Assembly (NCBI GenBank): GCA_965112155.1
Contig: OZ218104.1
DNA from: Podarcis liolepis
Taxonomy: Eukaryota
Reading direction: 5' to 3' (one strand)
Length of the DNA stretch: 64,000 bases
Part shown: positions 1-11,217 of the stretch, piece after piece
Numbering within the stretch: the first letter of the stretch is position 1
How the letters are laid out: every line of letters begins with the position of its first letter
Program-made: the position numbers and the translations under genes
The notes under the pieces: generated by a model
What the model was told of the DNA's origin: nothing
Database searches by the model: none
What the model saw: the letters and a program-made list of their open reading frames with translations, nothing else

Positions 1-29
1 CTTATTGAGGAACCTTGGAACCTTCTCTT

Positions 30-30
<1 letters not shown>

Positions 31-84
<54 letters not shown>
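31..84. repeat. Compound (CT)n(CA)n microsatellite
   Basis: Directly visible dinucleotide runs, followed by a MIR/Squam3-like SINE 3' fragment (~85-170). Confidence 0.95.
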
Positions 85-85
<1 letters not shown>

Positions 86-1310
86 CCTAACCTACCTCAC
101 TGGGTTGTTGAGCTGATGAAATATAGGGGGTGGCTGTGTATGCTGCCCTGAGTTCTTTGGAGGAAGGATTCCAGATATGGTGCTATTGCTAGGAAGATGT
201 GCCTTCAATGTACCTTCAAGTCCACAGGAGTAAACGTAAGAGAAAATAATGTGCTTCTCTCTAGAAAAGGGGCACTTTGAGAAAGAACATCAGATCAAAA
301 AAGAAATCTTAAACCCAACTAGGAATGTTTTTTTTTTATAAAAAAAAAAATGACATAAGGGAAAATAAGTTTGCAAACATAAATTAGAAGTGGTTCAAGC
401 ACGAGTTTCCCTGAAGCAGGTTTACTGCTTCTTACCTGGAGAAGGGTGAGTCAGCAAGTGGTGTACGTGTACCACGCTCAGGTCTCTGGTCAGAAAGAAG
501 CTATGAATCTTCCCCTCTCGCTCTGATAAGACTGCTGGGATGCTGGCATTTCAATTCCCCACCGTCCTGCACTGGGCAAGCCACTTATGTTTTTAATCCA
601 ACAGATGCAATTAAAATTATCAGCTCAGCAAATTATTAAGTGGCAGGAACTTGATTCAGGATTCATATGGAGCAGCAGAAATCCAAGAATCAAATAAGCG
701 TTACATGTGAGGAGCAAAAGAAAGGAAGATTGAAAATTCCAAATTTCAATCCACACGGATAATTATATTTTATAAACACAAGTTATAATATTCTGTGCTA
801 TAAGCAAGTTATTAAAATTATCTACTATCAAATCTGCAAAACGTCTGTGAGCGCTCCAAAAGATTATTGAGTCCAAGCCCTTCTTGATTAATATCAGTCC
901 TTGACAATTTAAACACAAATGGGACAAATGGCTTTGGAACCTGGAAAATGCACCATCAGTGTGAGAGATGGAGAACAGATGAAAAGCAAGTATATATTCC
1001 AAACTGGAAAATATAACTCTAATCTTAAAAATAAATAAATGCTGGTGTTCAAAATTTTGGATTTTTAGACACAGGTATCCATATCCAAATGTGAGTGAGA
1101 ATTCAAAATAAAATCAGTTTAATTTTAAGTCATTGCCTTCTTTCCTTTCTTTCCTTATTTTATTATTATTATTATTATTTTGCTTCACACTGATTTGTCC
1201 TTCCATTATTGCATTATTTCTATAAATGCTGGTTGGGAGTGAAATGCTGGTTTCTCCCTGCATGTCCCCCATGTCGCATCTTATCTCCTGATGCTGTACT
1301 TTGTAATAAA

Positions 1311-1745
1311 AGGGCGGAGAACCTTTTCCAGTCTGGGGGCCACATTCCCATCTTGGTCACTTTTCGAGGGCCACATCCCAATGGTGGGTGGGGCCAGATG
1401 CAAAAGTGGGCAGAAACCGAAAAATGTAATTTTTTAAAAAATATATAGAAATATTCAAAAAATAATAATAATAATATAGAATAATATAAATATACAATGG
1501 TGTCCTAAATGTAAAGAAATGTTACTGTTGTACAGTAGGCTAGTTTCTACGTACAGTACAGGCTCACATACCAATCTCTGCCCTCCATCCAGATATGAAA
1601 GAGGCATCAAGAAGAGTTCAAGGACATATTCCAACCAGGCAAAAAACACCTGAGGTGTGAAGCAAGGCCACAGAGGGGTGGGGCTTGGGGAGTTTTGTGA
1701 GGCATGGAGGACCGCATTTGACCCACAAGTCTGAGGTTCCCCATC
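1311..1745. mobile_element. Old non-autonomous hAT-type MITE (family also at ~36991-37300 and ~41504-42156)
   Basis: Starts GGGCGGAGAACCTTTT and ends GAGGTTCCCCATCC (degenerate CAGGGGTGGGGAACCT-type TIRs). Internal blocks such as 'cagtacaggc...ccctccatccag...aaggacacattcca' recur in the other two copies. Confidence 0.55.
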
Positions 1746-2120
1746 CATGCTGCAGTACACCTGTGGTTTCTGAATGCTGATCACACAACAAGGTAGCATA
1801 AGCTAGAGCACAAGGGAGTCCAAGTGGGGGAAGGTTTGTAAAGACAGAACGAAAGAAAATGTTCGATAAAATGCAAATAGCAAGTCCCACAGGAGATTTT
1901 ATGTATGCATTGCATTTCAATCACACCTTCGTTCTGTGGTGGAACTCCCAGGTGGGGTCCCCTGGTAGTCTCTCCTGCAGGTATGGGCAAGACCCGGGTG
2001 GGCTTTGATGCGGAAAGACAACTGCATCATGCATTGTCACCATGTGTGCTGAAAGTAAGTCTCTGGTTCAGGGCCACCACCCTTCTTTCTCCAGAGCCAG
2101 GAATCAAAGATGGGGACCAG

Positions 2121-2500
2121 TGGCTAACCTGATCCAAAACGCCCACCCACCCCACTCACACATGAAAACAAGACCACCACAACCAACCACAAATGAACAA
2201 CCACACCCTAGGCAAACCCCAGCCTCTCTCACCACCAAAGGAACACAAGTGAACAGCAAAGAACCTGCACAAGCAACACTGACACCAAACCCTACATATA
2301 TTAAGTAAAATAGAAACACCATCATCTAACCCCACCCCACCCCATCCTTACCCACCCCCACCTCTTTCCCCCTTTTCTTGCTAATGTCTCAACAAATGAA
2401 AGTGGTTTGTAAAAATGTTACATGGGGGGGGGGAACGAGAGAGAGACATTCCACATACTTTTGTAAATCAAGAAAATAATAAAATTACATTAAAAAAGGA
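2121..2500 (+). mobile_element. 5'-truncated retroposed insertion (probably an L1-clade 3' UTR) with 15-bp TSD
   Basis: AAAGATGGGGACCAG is duplicated at 2106-2120 and 2501-2515. AATAAA and an A-rich tail lie just before the right copy. Confidence 0.75.
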
Positions 2501-3299
2501 AAAGATGGGGACCAGCATTTCCTCACTAAAGCTTGAACCTGGGCCATCCCCCCAAAGAAATAACTTGTCAGTTTAATTTGTTTTCTCTGGTTTGTGAACC
2601 ATGAGCATTACAATGGGTCATTGAGCCCACTGGCAGGAGCCAGAGGCACACCCAATGTCAAGACGCCCTGCCGCCCCGTCATCAAAGTCAGAGGAGACTT
2701 GGGGACAGTCACGTTCGTAGGGAAAGTGATCCGGAGTCAGCAAAATGCTCTGCCTTCAGGTAAGAGTCGGGTTTCTTCTAGGGCTCTTCCTTCTCTGTGC
2801 TAAGCACTTTTTGAATTTTGCTGCAGGGTAACCTAAGAATGCCTATGGAGCGATTAATTTTGCAGATCAGCGGGAACATGAATTTTAAAATGGGGATTTT
2901 GGTAATAAATAAGCATATCCTGTTGGAGTGGGGAGTGCTCCCTGCTGCAGATTGCAGCAGCTCCATCTCGTTCTCCCCCCACTCAGTTCTCCATATTGTC
3001 CCCCCCCCACACACACACACACCACACAACTGTCAATCAGCATTGCATGGTCACTGAGCATGCCCAGTCCTCATTTTGCTGCTTTAGTCCCACCTCCCCA
3101 TCAAGAATGTCTTTTTCTCCCCCTTTTAAATTTAGGCATTCCCTTAGCCTGCTCCCACCTCCTCCCTTATGTGTGAAATGAGCTTCCCTTGACTACATAA
3201 ATGACCAGCGCTTGTGGGCTTTTATTGGGGCATCTATCTGGCCACCGTGAGAACAGAATGCAGAACTAGATGGGTTCCCTTTGGGAAAACTCTGTTTTA

Positions 3300-3465
3300 A
3301 TTGTTGGTTCTAAACATCTTTTGATTTATTTTAATTCTTGTTTTTAACTGGTTGCTTTTATCACTTTGCATTTTATAATGTTGTTTTTAAATGTTGTAAG
3401 GCATCTTGAATCCCAGCTTAGGAGAAAGGCAGGATAGAAACACACTAAATAATAATAATAATAAT
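3300..3465 (+). mobile_element. L2-type LINE 3' end
   Basis: T-rich tract, then TTGTAAGGCATCTTGAATCCC...GAAAGGCAGGATAGAAA and a (TAA)n tail, typical of squamate L2 termini. Confidence 0.55.
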
Positions 3466-3867
3466 CTAACAGACACACTCTTCTCAGCCCCAGAAGTTCT
3501 TCCTTCTTGTTTTGTAGTTCCCTGTTGCACATAAAGATCATTTTATCGATAATGAAGAGGGTGTGCCTCATTCTCCCAGCAGATCAGAGGACCAGTTGCT
3601 CTCTGTTTTCCACAGCAGAGGGGATTAGGGCAAAATAGTAACTTCCGACCCCACTTTGTTCCAGTTGCCTTGTTCCACCCCCTCAGGGTAATGCAGCTGG
3701 CAGGTCAGTATACTCAACCCTGCTATCCACCTGTCTATGTACAAAGGGGAAAGGAAGGTGTTTCCTTCTGTTTTCCTCCTGAGATTCTTTTTCGCACCCA
3801 AACTGTGACTGTCATGCTAGATCAAGTTGCCTGGTGCATCTTTCTACTGCGCCTGGAGGCAACACTC

Positions 3868-3878
3868 CAGGTGAGTCA
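3868..3878 (+). promoter_or_regulatory. Candidate 5' splice donor of the non-coding exon 1 of the GJB4/5-like gene (CAG|GTGAGT), overlapping an AP-1 motif TGAGTCA
   Basis: Near-consensus donor at 3870/3871 in non-repetitive DNA 1.3 kb upstream of the acceptor at 5200. Connexins typically have a non-coding exon 1. An alternative donor CAG|GTAAGA lies at 2759/2760. Confidence 0.4.
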
Positions 3879-5170
3879 TGTTCTTATTTTCCCAGGAAGA
3901 TACACCCAATTTGTTAAACACATGGATTTGCAGGTTGTGCAAAGACCTGGAGGGGCTAAGTGTGCTAAACAAACTGGGATAAGCAGCAGCTCACTTAGGA
4001 GGAACTGACCCTTTTAAAGATGGATGAGAACACTATTTGCTTTAGTGACCACTACCTGTTGTTTTGCAAAGGCCAAATTGCCAAAGGATACCTCTGGTCC
4101 ACCAGGTATTTGGACCTAGAAAGTATTTGGACCTAGTAGCGGTGAACCTCCAACCCATGGACCCCATTTGACCCACCAGACCATTTTGGCTCAGGCACAC
4201 CCACCTGATATATGGGGCAGGTAGCAGCTTTCAAAGATATGACGTCAAGAGGGGGACACATGTAGATGTGGCTGAGCCCAAAGCAGTCTTGCACCTGCAG
4301 TTCCTGAGGAACAGCTGCACAAGGCCTGCAAAGCACGGTGCATGGGGCTTTGCAAGATTGCTGGGACTGGCAAAGCATGATGTCTTTGGCCACACAGGTT
4401 GATTTCAAACGCCATAGGCAAAAACAGGTTGCCTGATTCTGTGTTGCTATCAGGTGATTGGCTGGTGTGTGGAAGATAAGGACCATCCAGTTACCGCCCC
4501 TAGTCCCATCACCCTGGCATGAGCCTATGAACTTAGGAAGCTGCCTTGATATGCCAGAACCATTGGTTTATCTAGCTCAATATTTTCTGCACTGACTGGC
4601 AGTAGCTCTCCAGGGTTCCAGGCAAGCCTTTTTCCCACCCTCACCTGGAGATGCCAGGGACTGAGCCGTCCACTATTATATGCAGAAGCTGCCCCAATAT
4701 AAGTCAGAAGTATTAGTCTCCACTATTATAACAGTGTCCCCCAAAGTAGCCCTCATCCAGTCCATCCCCAAGGCCAGTCACCTGTCTATCACATCCACTG
4801 CCACACCTGCCAGTGTAAAGAAGAAATGGGGTTGCATGCCATCTGCATATTGATGACAATGAATTCCAAATCCCCAGATGACCCCGCTCAGCATGTAGAT
4901 GTTAAACACCATGGGAATAAAACTGACCCCTGTGGCACCTCACATTGGAGGGGAAAGAGTAGCTTCCCCCACACACACAAGCACCACCTTCTGGAGACAG
5001 AGATCCAAGCAGTACCGGAACCACTCCTAGCTCAGATTACCCCATCTTGGTTAGCTGGGTTACTGGTTACAGAATTAACCCTTAAGTTACAAACAGGGTG
5101 ATCTCTGCTGTTGCACTTCCAACACATACATGGTGCGAGCTTGAAGGGCTTCAATCAAGGCCATCCCACT

Positions 5171-5200
5171 CATTCCTGTTTCATTTATTTCCTTTTCCAG
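5171..5200 (+). promoter_or_regulatory. 3' splice acceptor of the coding exon of the GJB4/5-like gene
   Basis: Polypyrimidine tract ending TTTCCTTTTCCAG at 5200, 30 nt before the ATG. Confidence 0.8.
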
Positions 5201-5230
5201 CTCTTGTCACCCTAGCCTCAAGTTGAGAAA

Positions 5231-5947
5231 ATGAACTGGGCTTCATTCCAAGAACTTGTGAGTGGTGTGAACAAGTATTCCACAGGTCTGGGGCGTGTGT
5301 GGCTCACGGTGGTCTTCATCTTCCGTTTCCTTGTCTACTCAGTGGCAGCTGAGCATGTCTGGTCCGATGACCAGCAGGACTTCATGTGCAACACACGTCA
5401 GCCTGGCTGCACCAATGTCTGCTATAACCAATCATTTCCCATCTCTCACATACGTTTCTGGGCCTTCCAGCTTATCCTGGTGACATGCCCTTCTCTTTTC
5501 GTCCTCATGCATGTGGCCTATCAGGAAACCAAGGAGCAGAAGTGCCTGGAAGGGGCAAGAGGACGCTTCCATCCACAGTACCCCAACCCTGGGAAGAAGT
5601 GTGGAGGCCTGTGGTGGACCTACCTACTCAGCCTCCTTGCCAAGGCAACTGTGGATCTCACCTTCCTCTACATCTTCCACTGCCTATATCCCAACTTTGA
5701 TCTTCCAAGGGTGGTGAAGTGTGCTGTGGTTCCCTGCCCCAACGTGGTTGACTGTTTCATTGCTCGGCCTACAGAGAAGAAGCTCTTCACTTATTTCATG
5801 GTAGCCACTGCCATGCTATGTGTCATTCTCAACCTCTGTGAGATGGCCTACCTTGTCAGCAAGAGTTGCAAGAAGCCTGCAGCATCAGCAAACCTGAGAC
5901 AGAAGCTCACATTTCATTTCAATAACACAGGAAAACCACTCCCATGA
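5231..5947 (+). CDS. Beta-group connexin, GJB4 (Cx30.3)/GJB5 (Cx31.1)-like, 238 aa
   Basis: [12 protein letters not shown]-terminus, four TM segments, EL1 C-x6-C-x3-C ([12 protein letters not shown]), EL2 C-x4-C-x5-C ([12 protein letters not shown]), RPTEK motif and GGLWWTY. Syntenic upstream of GJB3-GJA4. Mixed GJB4 and GJB5 diagnostic residues, so no symbol is assigned. Confidence 0.93.
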   Translation: MNWASFQELVSGVNKYSTGLGRVWLTVVFIFRFLVYSVAAEHVWSDDQQDFMCNTRQPGCTNVCYNQSFPISHIRFWAFQLILVTCPSLFVLMHVAYQETKEQKCLEGARGRFHPQYPNPGKKCGGLWWTYLLSLLAKATVDLTFLYIFHCLYPNFDLPRVVKCAVVPCPNVVDCFIARPTEKKLFTYFMVATAMLCVILNLCEMAYLVSKSCKKPAASANLRQKLTFHFNNTGKPLP

Positions 5948-5994
5948 ACAAGTCAATGAGACTAATTGGATCTGTATCAAGAGTGGGGAATCCT

Positions 5995-7085
5995 CACGGC
6001 TGGATTAAGTCATTTAGAGGCTCTAAGCACTAAAAATATTATGGTGTGCGGGGGTCTCCCCCTCGTATTTCAAAATAAAGTCTTATTTTTCAAAATGGCA
6101 CAAAACTAAGACAGCTTCTTTCTAGATTTTTCTAACTGCAAAAAATCTGGAAAATTTTACAGACGCTGACTCCTCAAAGTATGTCCGCTTCTGTACACAG
6201 CAGGGAAAATGAATCATGTCCGTCCTGATACATATGTTGTTGTCTCAGATGTTTTTTATTCTTTTCAGCTCAGAAAAAGAGCGTTTTGCCAAGCAGCTGG
6301 CAATAATCAAAGTTAGAAAAATGCATCGGGTGATATCCACATTTGGAAATACACATTGTACTCCACCTTTCATGAAGCTCAGTGTGACTGAATTTCATTT
6401 TTCTTGTTTCATTAAACTTTGCCCACGTAGAGCAGTGGAACTGCCTTAGTTCTCCACAGAGATTCCCGTTCAAGTCAACAGGGTATGTATGAGTCAACTA
6501 GCTTTTGGGAACCTTGGGAATTTTTCTCATCAGATATCATGTAGAAAAGAAAATCAGGCTTCTGCTTTTTAGTGCACTTCACCTCTCCTCTTCATATTAG
6601 CCACAAGTGTATCAATTATAGTAGAGTAAGCAGATAGTGAAATCTGTCTCTAAGAGGCAATGCTTGGTGTGCTGCCATCAACTGCTTATTTCTTTCCTGG
6701 TTCTCTTGTGGGCTTCTTTGTAGTCGACATCAGGCAAGATACATTTTGATGTTTTCAAATCTTTTGAAATCATTCCTCGAAGTGTGTAAGTGGTCGCTAA
6801 TGATTGACAGATGTCTGCACATATTTTCATAACCATCTTTTTTCCTTGGAGAGCTTGGCTTGTGTGGTGAGAGTGTGGTAAAATTTCACGTGGTCATCAT
6901 GAATACAAACATTCGTTCTTGCATGTGCCTCTGCATGTGCCTCCCAGCAAGTATTGGGAAGATATTTCGAAACATGATCATTGCCCAAATATTTTTAAGG
7001 GCTACCCATCAGCATGTTGAAGCAGAGAAAAAATGTATAAAGTAACTGGACTGTTGAGGAAACAAATTGCTGCCATCAGACAACT
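5995..7085 (-). mobile_element. Decayed hAT (Tip100/ZMYM1-like) DNA transposon: C-terminal transposase half plus one terminal repeat
   Basis: Manual minus-strand translation across frameshifts gives STVQLLYTFFSAST..W (7060-7000), LPNTCWEAHAEA (hAT TRW motif), IIDTLVANMKRRGEV, YPVDLNGNLCGELRQFH and FPNVDITRCIFLTLIIASCLAKRSFSELKRIKN (hATC dimerisation domain, ERSFS motif). Terminus CACGGCTGGATTAAG (CAGGGCCGGATT-like) at 5995. Confidence 0.85.
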
Positions 7086-7459
7086 AAGAAAGTATACAGC
7101 ACATAGTATGACACCCCTGGTTTAGATGAGGATAAGAACGGTAATTAAAAGAGAACAGAAACATGGGGGGGAAGAGTGTGTAGTGAAGCCAAAAAAAGCT
7201 CAACAACTTTTCTGTCCAGATTTCCACTGCTTGAAATACGGCAACCCTAGGTAGAAGCTGGCTTTATGTACAAAAGCAAACTTTTCATTCACCACTCCAC
7301 CTCTTTTTGCTTCTGGCTCTGCCCACCATTGTCACGTGGTCCTTGGAAGGTAATGTGACCAGGTTGAAAAGGGTTCCCCAACCCCTGATTTAAATTTATA
7401 AAGACAAAGCTCCAAGCTCAGATGAACTGGTAGAGAATGCAAGCATGAAATATTGGCTT

Positions 7460-7745
7460 GCCTTCCGAAGGAGGAGAAACGACTATTTATGTATGTGACG
7501 ACAGCTGCACAGATACTACTGGCCCAGAGATGGAAAGAAGATAAAATCCCAACCAGAGACAAAGGGCTGATGAAGATGAGGGACTACACCGAAATGGCAA
7601 AATTGACCAGGAAAATAAAAAACCAGGAAGAGAATAATTTCAAGAAGGAATGGAGGAAATTTATAATGTATTTAAGAACACTGTAAACAACTAAAAACTT
7701 TGGCAGGATTTGAGCAATAAATAACAAATAAACATTACAAAATGC
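7460..7745 (+). mobile_element. L1/Tx1-clade LINE ORF2 C-terminal fragment
   Basis: Translates LFMYVTTAAQILLAQRWKEDKIPT...DYTEMAKLT, homologous to the L1-clade ORF2 tail at 51782-52174. Confidence 0.75.
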
Positions 7746-8072
7746 AAAGTAGCACATTGTTCTTCAACAGCAAGCAATGTGATCCAGTCTTGTCTTTATG
7801 CCTTAATACAGTTCAATAAACTTTCCTGTCACTAGTCCCAGAGAGAGATCCTAAGCAACTTGCTTGTTCAGCAATGCTGAGCTGAGCCACTGCTGGTGGT
7901 GGTGGTGGTTCTATTTACTGACTTAAATGCTGAGTTCTTAGGTTTCATCAACCCGCTGTGAGAGATCACTCGGGTTTACAGCAATGGGTCAAACCTCTCT
8001 TGCCTAATGCAAACTTCTCTACATAAGTTTCCAAACACAGACAACAAATAAATCAATAGAATCAATAGAAAT

Positions 8073-8128
8073 GAAGAAGAAGAAGAAGAAGAAGAAGAAG
8101 AAGAAGAAGAAGAAGAAGAAGAAGAAGA
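8073..8128. repeat. (GAA)n microsatellite
   Basis: Directly visible. Confidence 0.95.
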
Positions 8129-8553
8129 AACGGTTTACAATTATACCCAAATTAAAATAACTGCCAGTCCCAACTAAACATTTAACCAACACCAACCCGG
8201 CAAAAACAAAACAGAGGAACCAAAATTAGAACTGTTTAAAACATTTTAAAACATTTTAGCCAGTTGCCGCAACCCAAGAGTTGTTCCAGCAATGTCCCTC
8301 CGGCCTCTCAGGAGCCACCTTTAGATATTCAAGGTGAGTCTGGACTCCACCCCCAAGGCCAGGTGGAAAAAGGCCTTGCAGCAGGGACAACAGTAGCTCC
8401 AATTTGCCCTTCTTTCACATCATGCAGTTGCAGTCCATTCTTTGCAAAGTGGGCACTCATTAGAATTTGCAGCCCTCCTTCCTGTGCCTGAAAGAGAGGG
8501 AGACCACCCTGCTTTCCCTTCTCCCCTGAAAGGCTCGGCCAGTATGGTTGGTA

Positions 8554-8895
8554 AGGACCCCTGACCATTAGGCCCAGTTGTGACCAACTCTGGGGTTGCA
8601 GCGCTCATCTCGCTTTATTGGCCGAGGGAGTCGGCGTACAGCTTCTGGGTCATGTGGCCAGCATGACTAAGCCGCTTCTGACGAACCAGAGCAGCGCACG
8701 GAAACGCTGTTTACCTTCCCGCCAGAGTGGTACCTATTTATCTACTTGTACTTTGAGGTGCTTTCAAACTGCTAGGTTGGCAGGAGCAGGGACTGAGCAA
8801 CAGGAGCTCACCCCATTGCTGGGATTCGAACTGCTGACCTTCTGATCAGCAAGTCCTAGGTTCTGTGGTTTAACCCGCAGCGCTACCCGCGTCCC
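8554..8895 (-). mobile_element. Sauria SINE, full length
   Basis: Reverse complement begins GGGACGCGGGTAGCGCTGCGGGTTAAACC with tRNA-like A/B boxes. 13-bp TSD AGTATGGTYGGTA at 8541-8553 and 8896-8908. Confidence 0.92.
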
Positions 8896-9905
8896 AGTAT
8901 GGTCGGTAGTGAATGGTATAAGCCTGCTCTATTAGACCCACGTCCACCTTGTCCAAAGAATTGACCAGGCCACCCCTGGCCAAACAGAAATCCAATACTT
9001 TATGGATCGGGATGGCAGCACTTTAAAGTGTTTGTGGCTGTCCTCTCCCTTCCTGTATTTCATCTCTTAGTTAATGAACCGATTGGACGTGACAAGAGCG
9101 AGATGGATGGGGCTTATGAAAACCACCATGGCCCAGTGTATTCTTAATGAAATGCCTGCTCATTGCTTTGGTGTATTTAAGTCGTGTTAAGACAGGCTGA
9201 ATTACTGAAACGTGCTCAGGTTACATAAAGAGCTAATTGGCTGCATTAGCTCTTTCCCAGCTGCCCTGGACAAACCTGTTCTGAGGATTAAATGCAGAGT
9301 TTCAGCCAATTCCCACCTTTGAGAGACTGCAATGCAGAAAATTGGAAGAAGGGTTATTAGAGACGTTCTCTTCCCCCAGCCCCCCAAAATGATTACATTA
9401 CAAAACCTGCCAAATGCATTTCCTTGCGATGGGAAAAATATGTTCAGCATTTCGCCTTCAGAAGGGAGGGAAAGGATCGAAATGCACGTACGTCAGCCTA
9501 GAGCAGACCAAGGGACGCGGTGCGTGTGCCAGGTTACAACTTTACAACAGGGGTGGGGTACATGCCTAATCCATTCATCATGAGTAAGTGGCTGGCAACC
9601 ACCTGGAAAAAAATCTCTGGCAGAATCGCATGCATGTAAAAGAAGGGGGGGTGGAATGCACTCAGAGATTATTTCGAGGATCTTCTTTAAAGACTGCAGA
9701 AAAACAAAAACTACCCACAGTAGATTCTGAAACCAGGAAGCTTCAGCAATGCAACTAGGATACAGTGTAGAAACAAAAAAGCATAACAGGAGCCCTTCCG
9801 GAACAGGCCAGAGGCCCTGTTGTCAGAGTCATAGAGTTGTAGAGTTGGAAGGGACTGCTAGGTTCATCTAGCCCAGTCCCCAGCAGTGCAGGAGTCACAG
9901 CTAAA

Positions 9906-10341
9906 AAGTCCAGAGGTAGCATTATTATCAATTTATGATGGGGTGGAAGGTTTGCAAGCTATGAAGGACTTGCTCACAAATTCATTGACAGCTGCACGAG
10001 TTATTATAGCTAGGAAGTGGAAGGGGCAAGGTAACTGAATATAAAATGGAAGAATGGTATAAAGAGGTGTGGGAGTATAGCTATTAATGATAAATTAACA
10101 TATGCCATTAAGGTAAGACGGGGGATATGCAAGGTATTTGTAGAATTTGTACTGTTAAAACGGAAAGGGGTCAAACCACTGCGAGAGGTGTTGAAATTTT
10201 GGGAGGTTGGATAGTTACAATGGAATGGTTTCGGTAGTGGGGTGTACGTTTTTATTCTTATTTATTTGTCAAAATTAAAGAAATGAAGCAGAAGGAGAAG
10301 AAAGAAAGATAACCTAGTACAATGCATCCAGACAAGAAAAA
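9906..10341 (+). mobile_element. L1-clade LINE 3' fragment with 16-bp TSD
   Basis: Encodes LTAARVIIARKWKG (ORF2 tail) and ends A-rich. AGGAGTCACAGCTAAA at 9890-9905 and 10342-10357. Confidence 0.75.
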
Positions 10342-10491
10342 AGGAGTCACAGCTAAAGATTCTCTAACAGATGGCCATACAACTGCTATTTAAAAACCTC
10401 CAATGAAGGAAGGTCCACCATTTTACAAGGGAGTCCATTTTACTGTCAAATGGCTCTTCCTGTCAGAAGGTTCTTTATAATGTTTAATTGT

Positions 10492-10919
10492 GGCACAGAA
10501 ATGGAAACAAGAAGAATTACCAATGAAAGAAGAATGGCAGACGAAATTAATGGACTATGCAGAATTAGATAAGATGACAGGAAGGATCAGAAACCTGCGG
10601 GACCAGAGATTCTCAGAGGACTGGAGTAAATATTTGAACTATTTGAAAAGCAATTGCAATAAACAGATTACGCTAGTAGGACTGCAAGAAGTTTTGTAAG
10701 GAGGATTATGTGAAATATTGCAGAGAAGATTATGAAGAGAGTTATTAGTTAAGGACAATTAAAAGTAATAGAGAAATTAAGAAATGTAGATTAAGTGATA
10801 GATTGAAAAATCAGATGCGGTTGATGGAAGTCCAAAAACATTGTATAAGTTAAAAAAAGTATGTGATATGATTTTCGGAAATTATTTGTAAAACTCAATA
10901 AAAATATATTTTTTTAAAA
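10492..10919 (+). mobile_element. L1-clade LINE 3' end with 13-bp TSD
   Basis: Encodes AQKWKQEELPMKEEWQTKLMDYAELDKMTG, very similar to 51960-52170. AATAAA plus A tail. AATGTTTARTTGT at 10479-10491 and 10920-10932. Confidence 0.85.
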
Positions 10920-11011
10920 AATGTTTAGTTGTAATCTCTTTTTCTGTAATTTGAATCCATTGTTTCAGGTACTGCCCTCCAGAGCAGCAGAAAACAACCT
11001 TGCTCCATCTT

Positions 11012-11217
11012 AGGTAAAGGTAAAGGGACCCCTGACCATTAGGTCCAGTCGCGGACGACTCTGGGGTTGCAGTGCTCATCTAGCTTTATTGGCCAAGGTA
11101 GCCAGCGTACAGCTTCCGGGTCATGTGGCCAGCATGACTAAGCCACTTCTGGCGAACCAGAGCAGCGCACGGAAACGCCATTTACCTTCCCGCCTATTTA
11201 TCTACTTGTACTTCGTG
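11012..11217 (-). mobile_element. Sauria SINE, 5'-truncated
   Basis: (ACCTTT)n tail and 3' half match the other Sauria SINE copies. Confidence 0.9.

Larger units (their letters stand above)
9824..11011 (-). mobile_element. CR1 LINE 3' fragment split into three pieces (9824-9905, 10342-10491, 10920-11011) by nested insertions
   Basis: The pieces match the reverse complement of the CR1 3' end at 47640-47928 (CATAGAGTTGTAGAGTTGGAAGGG; AAAACCTCCAATGAAGG; CTCCAGAGCAGCAGAAAACAACC). Confidence 0.8.
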
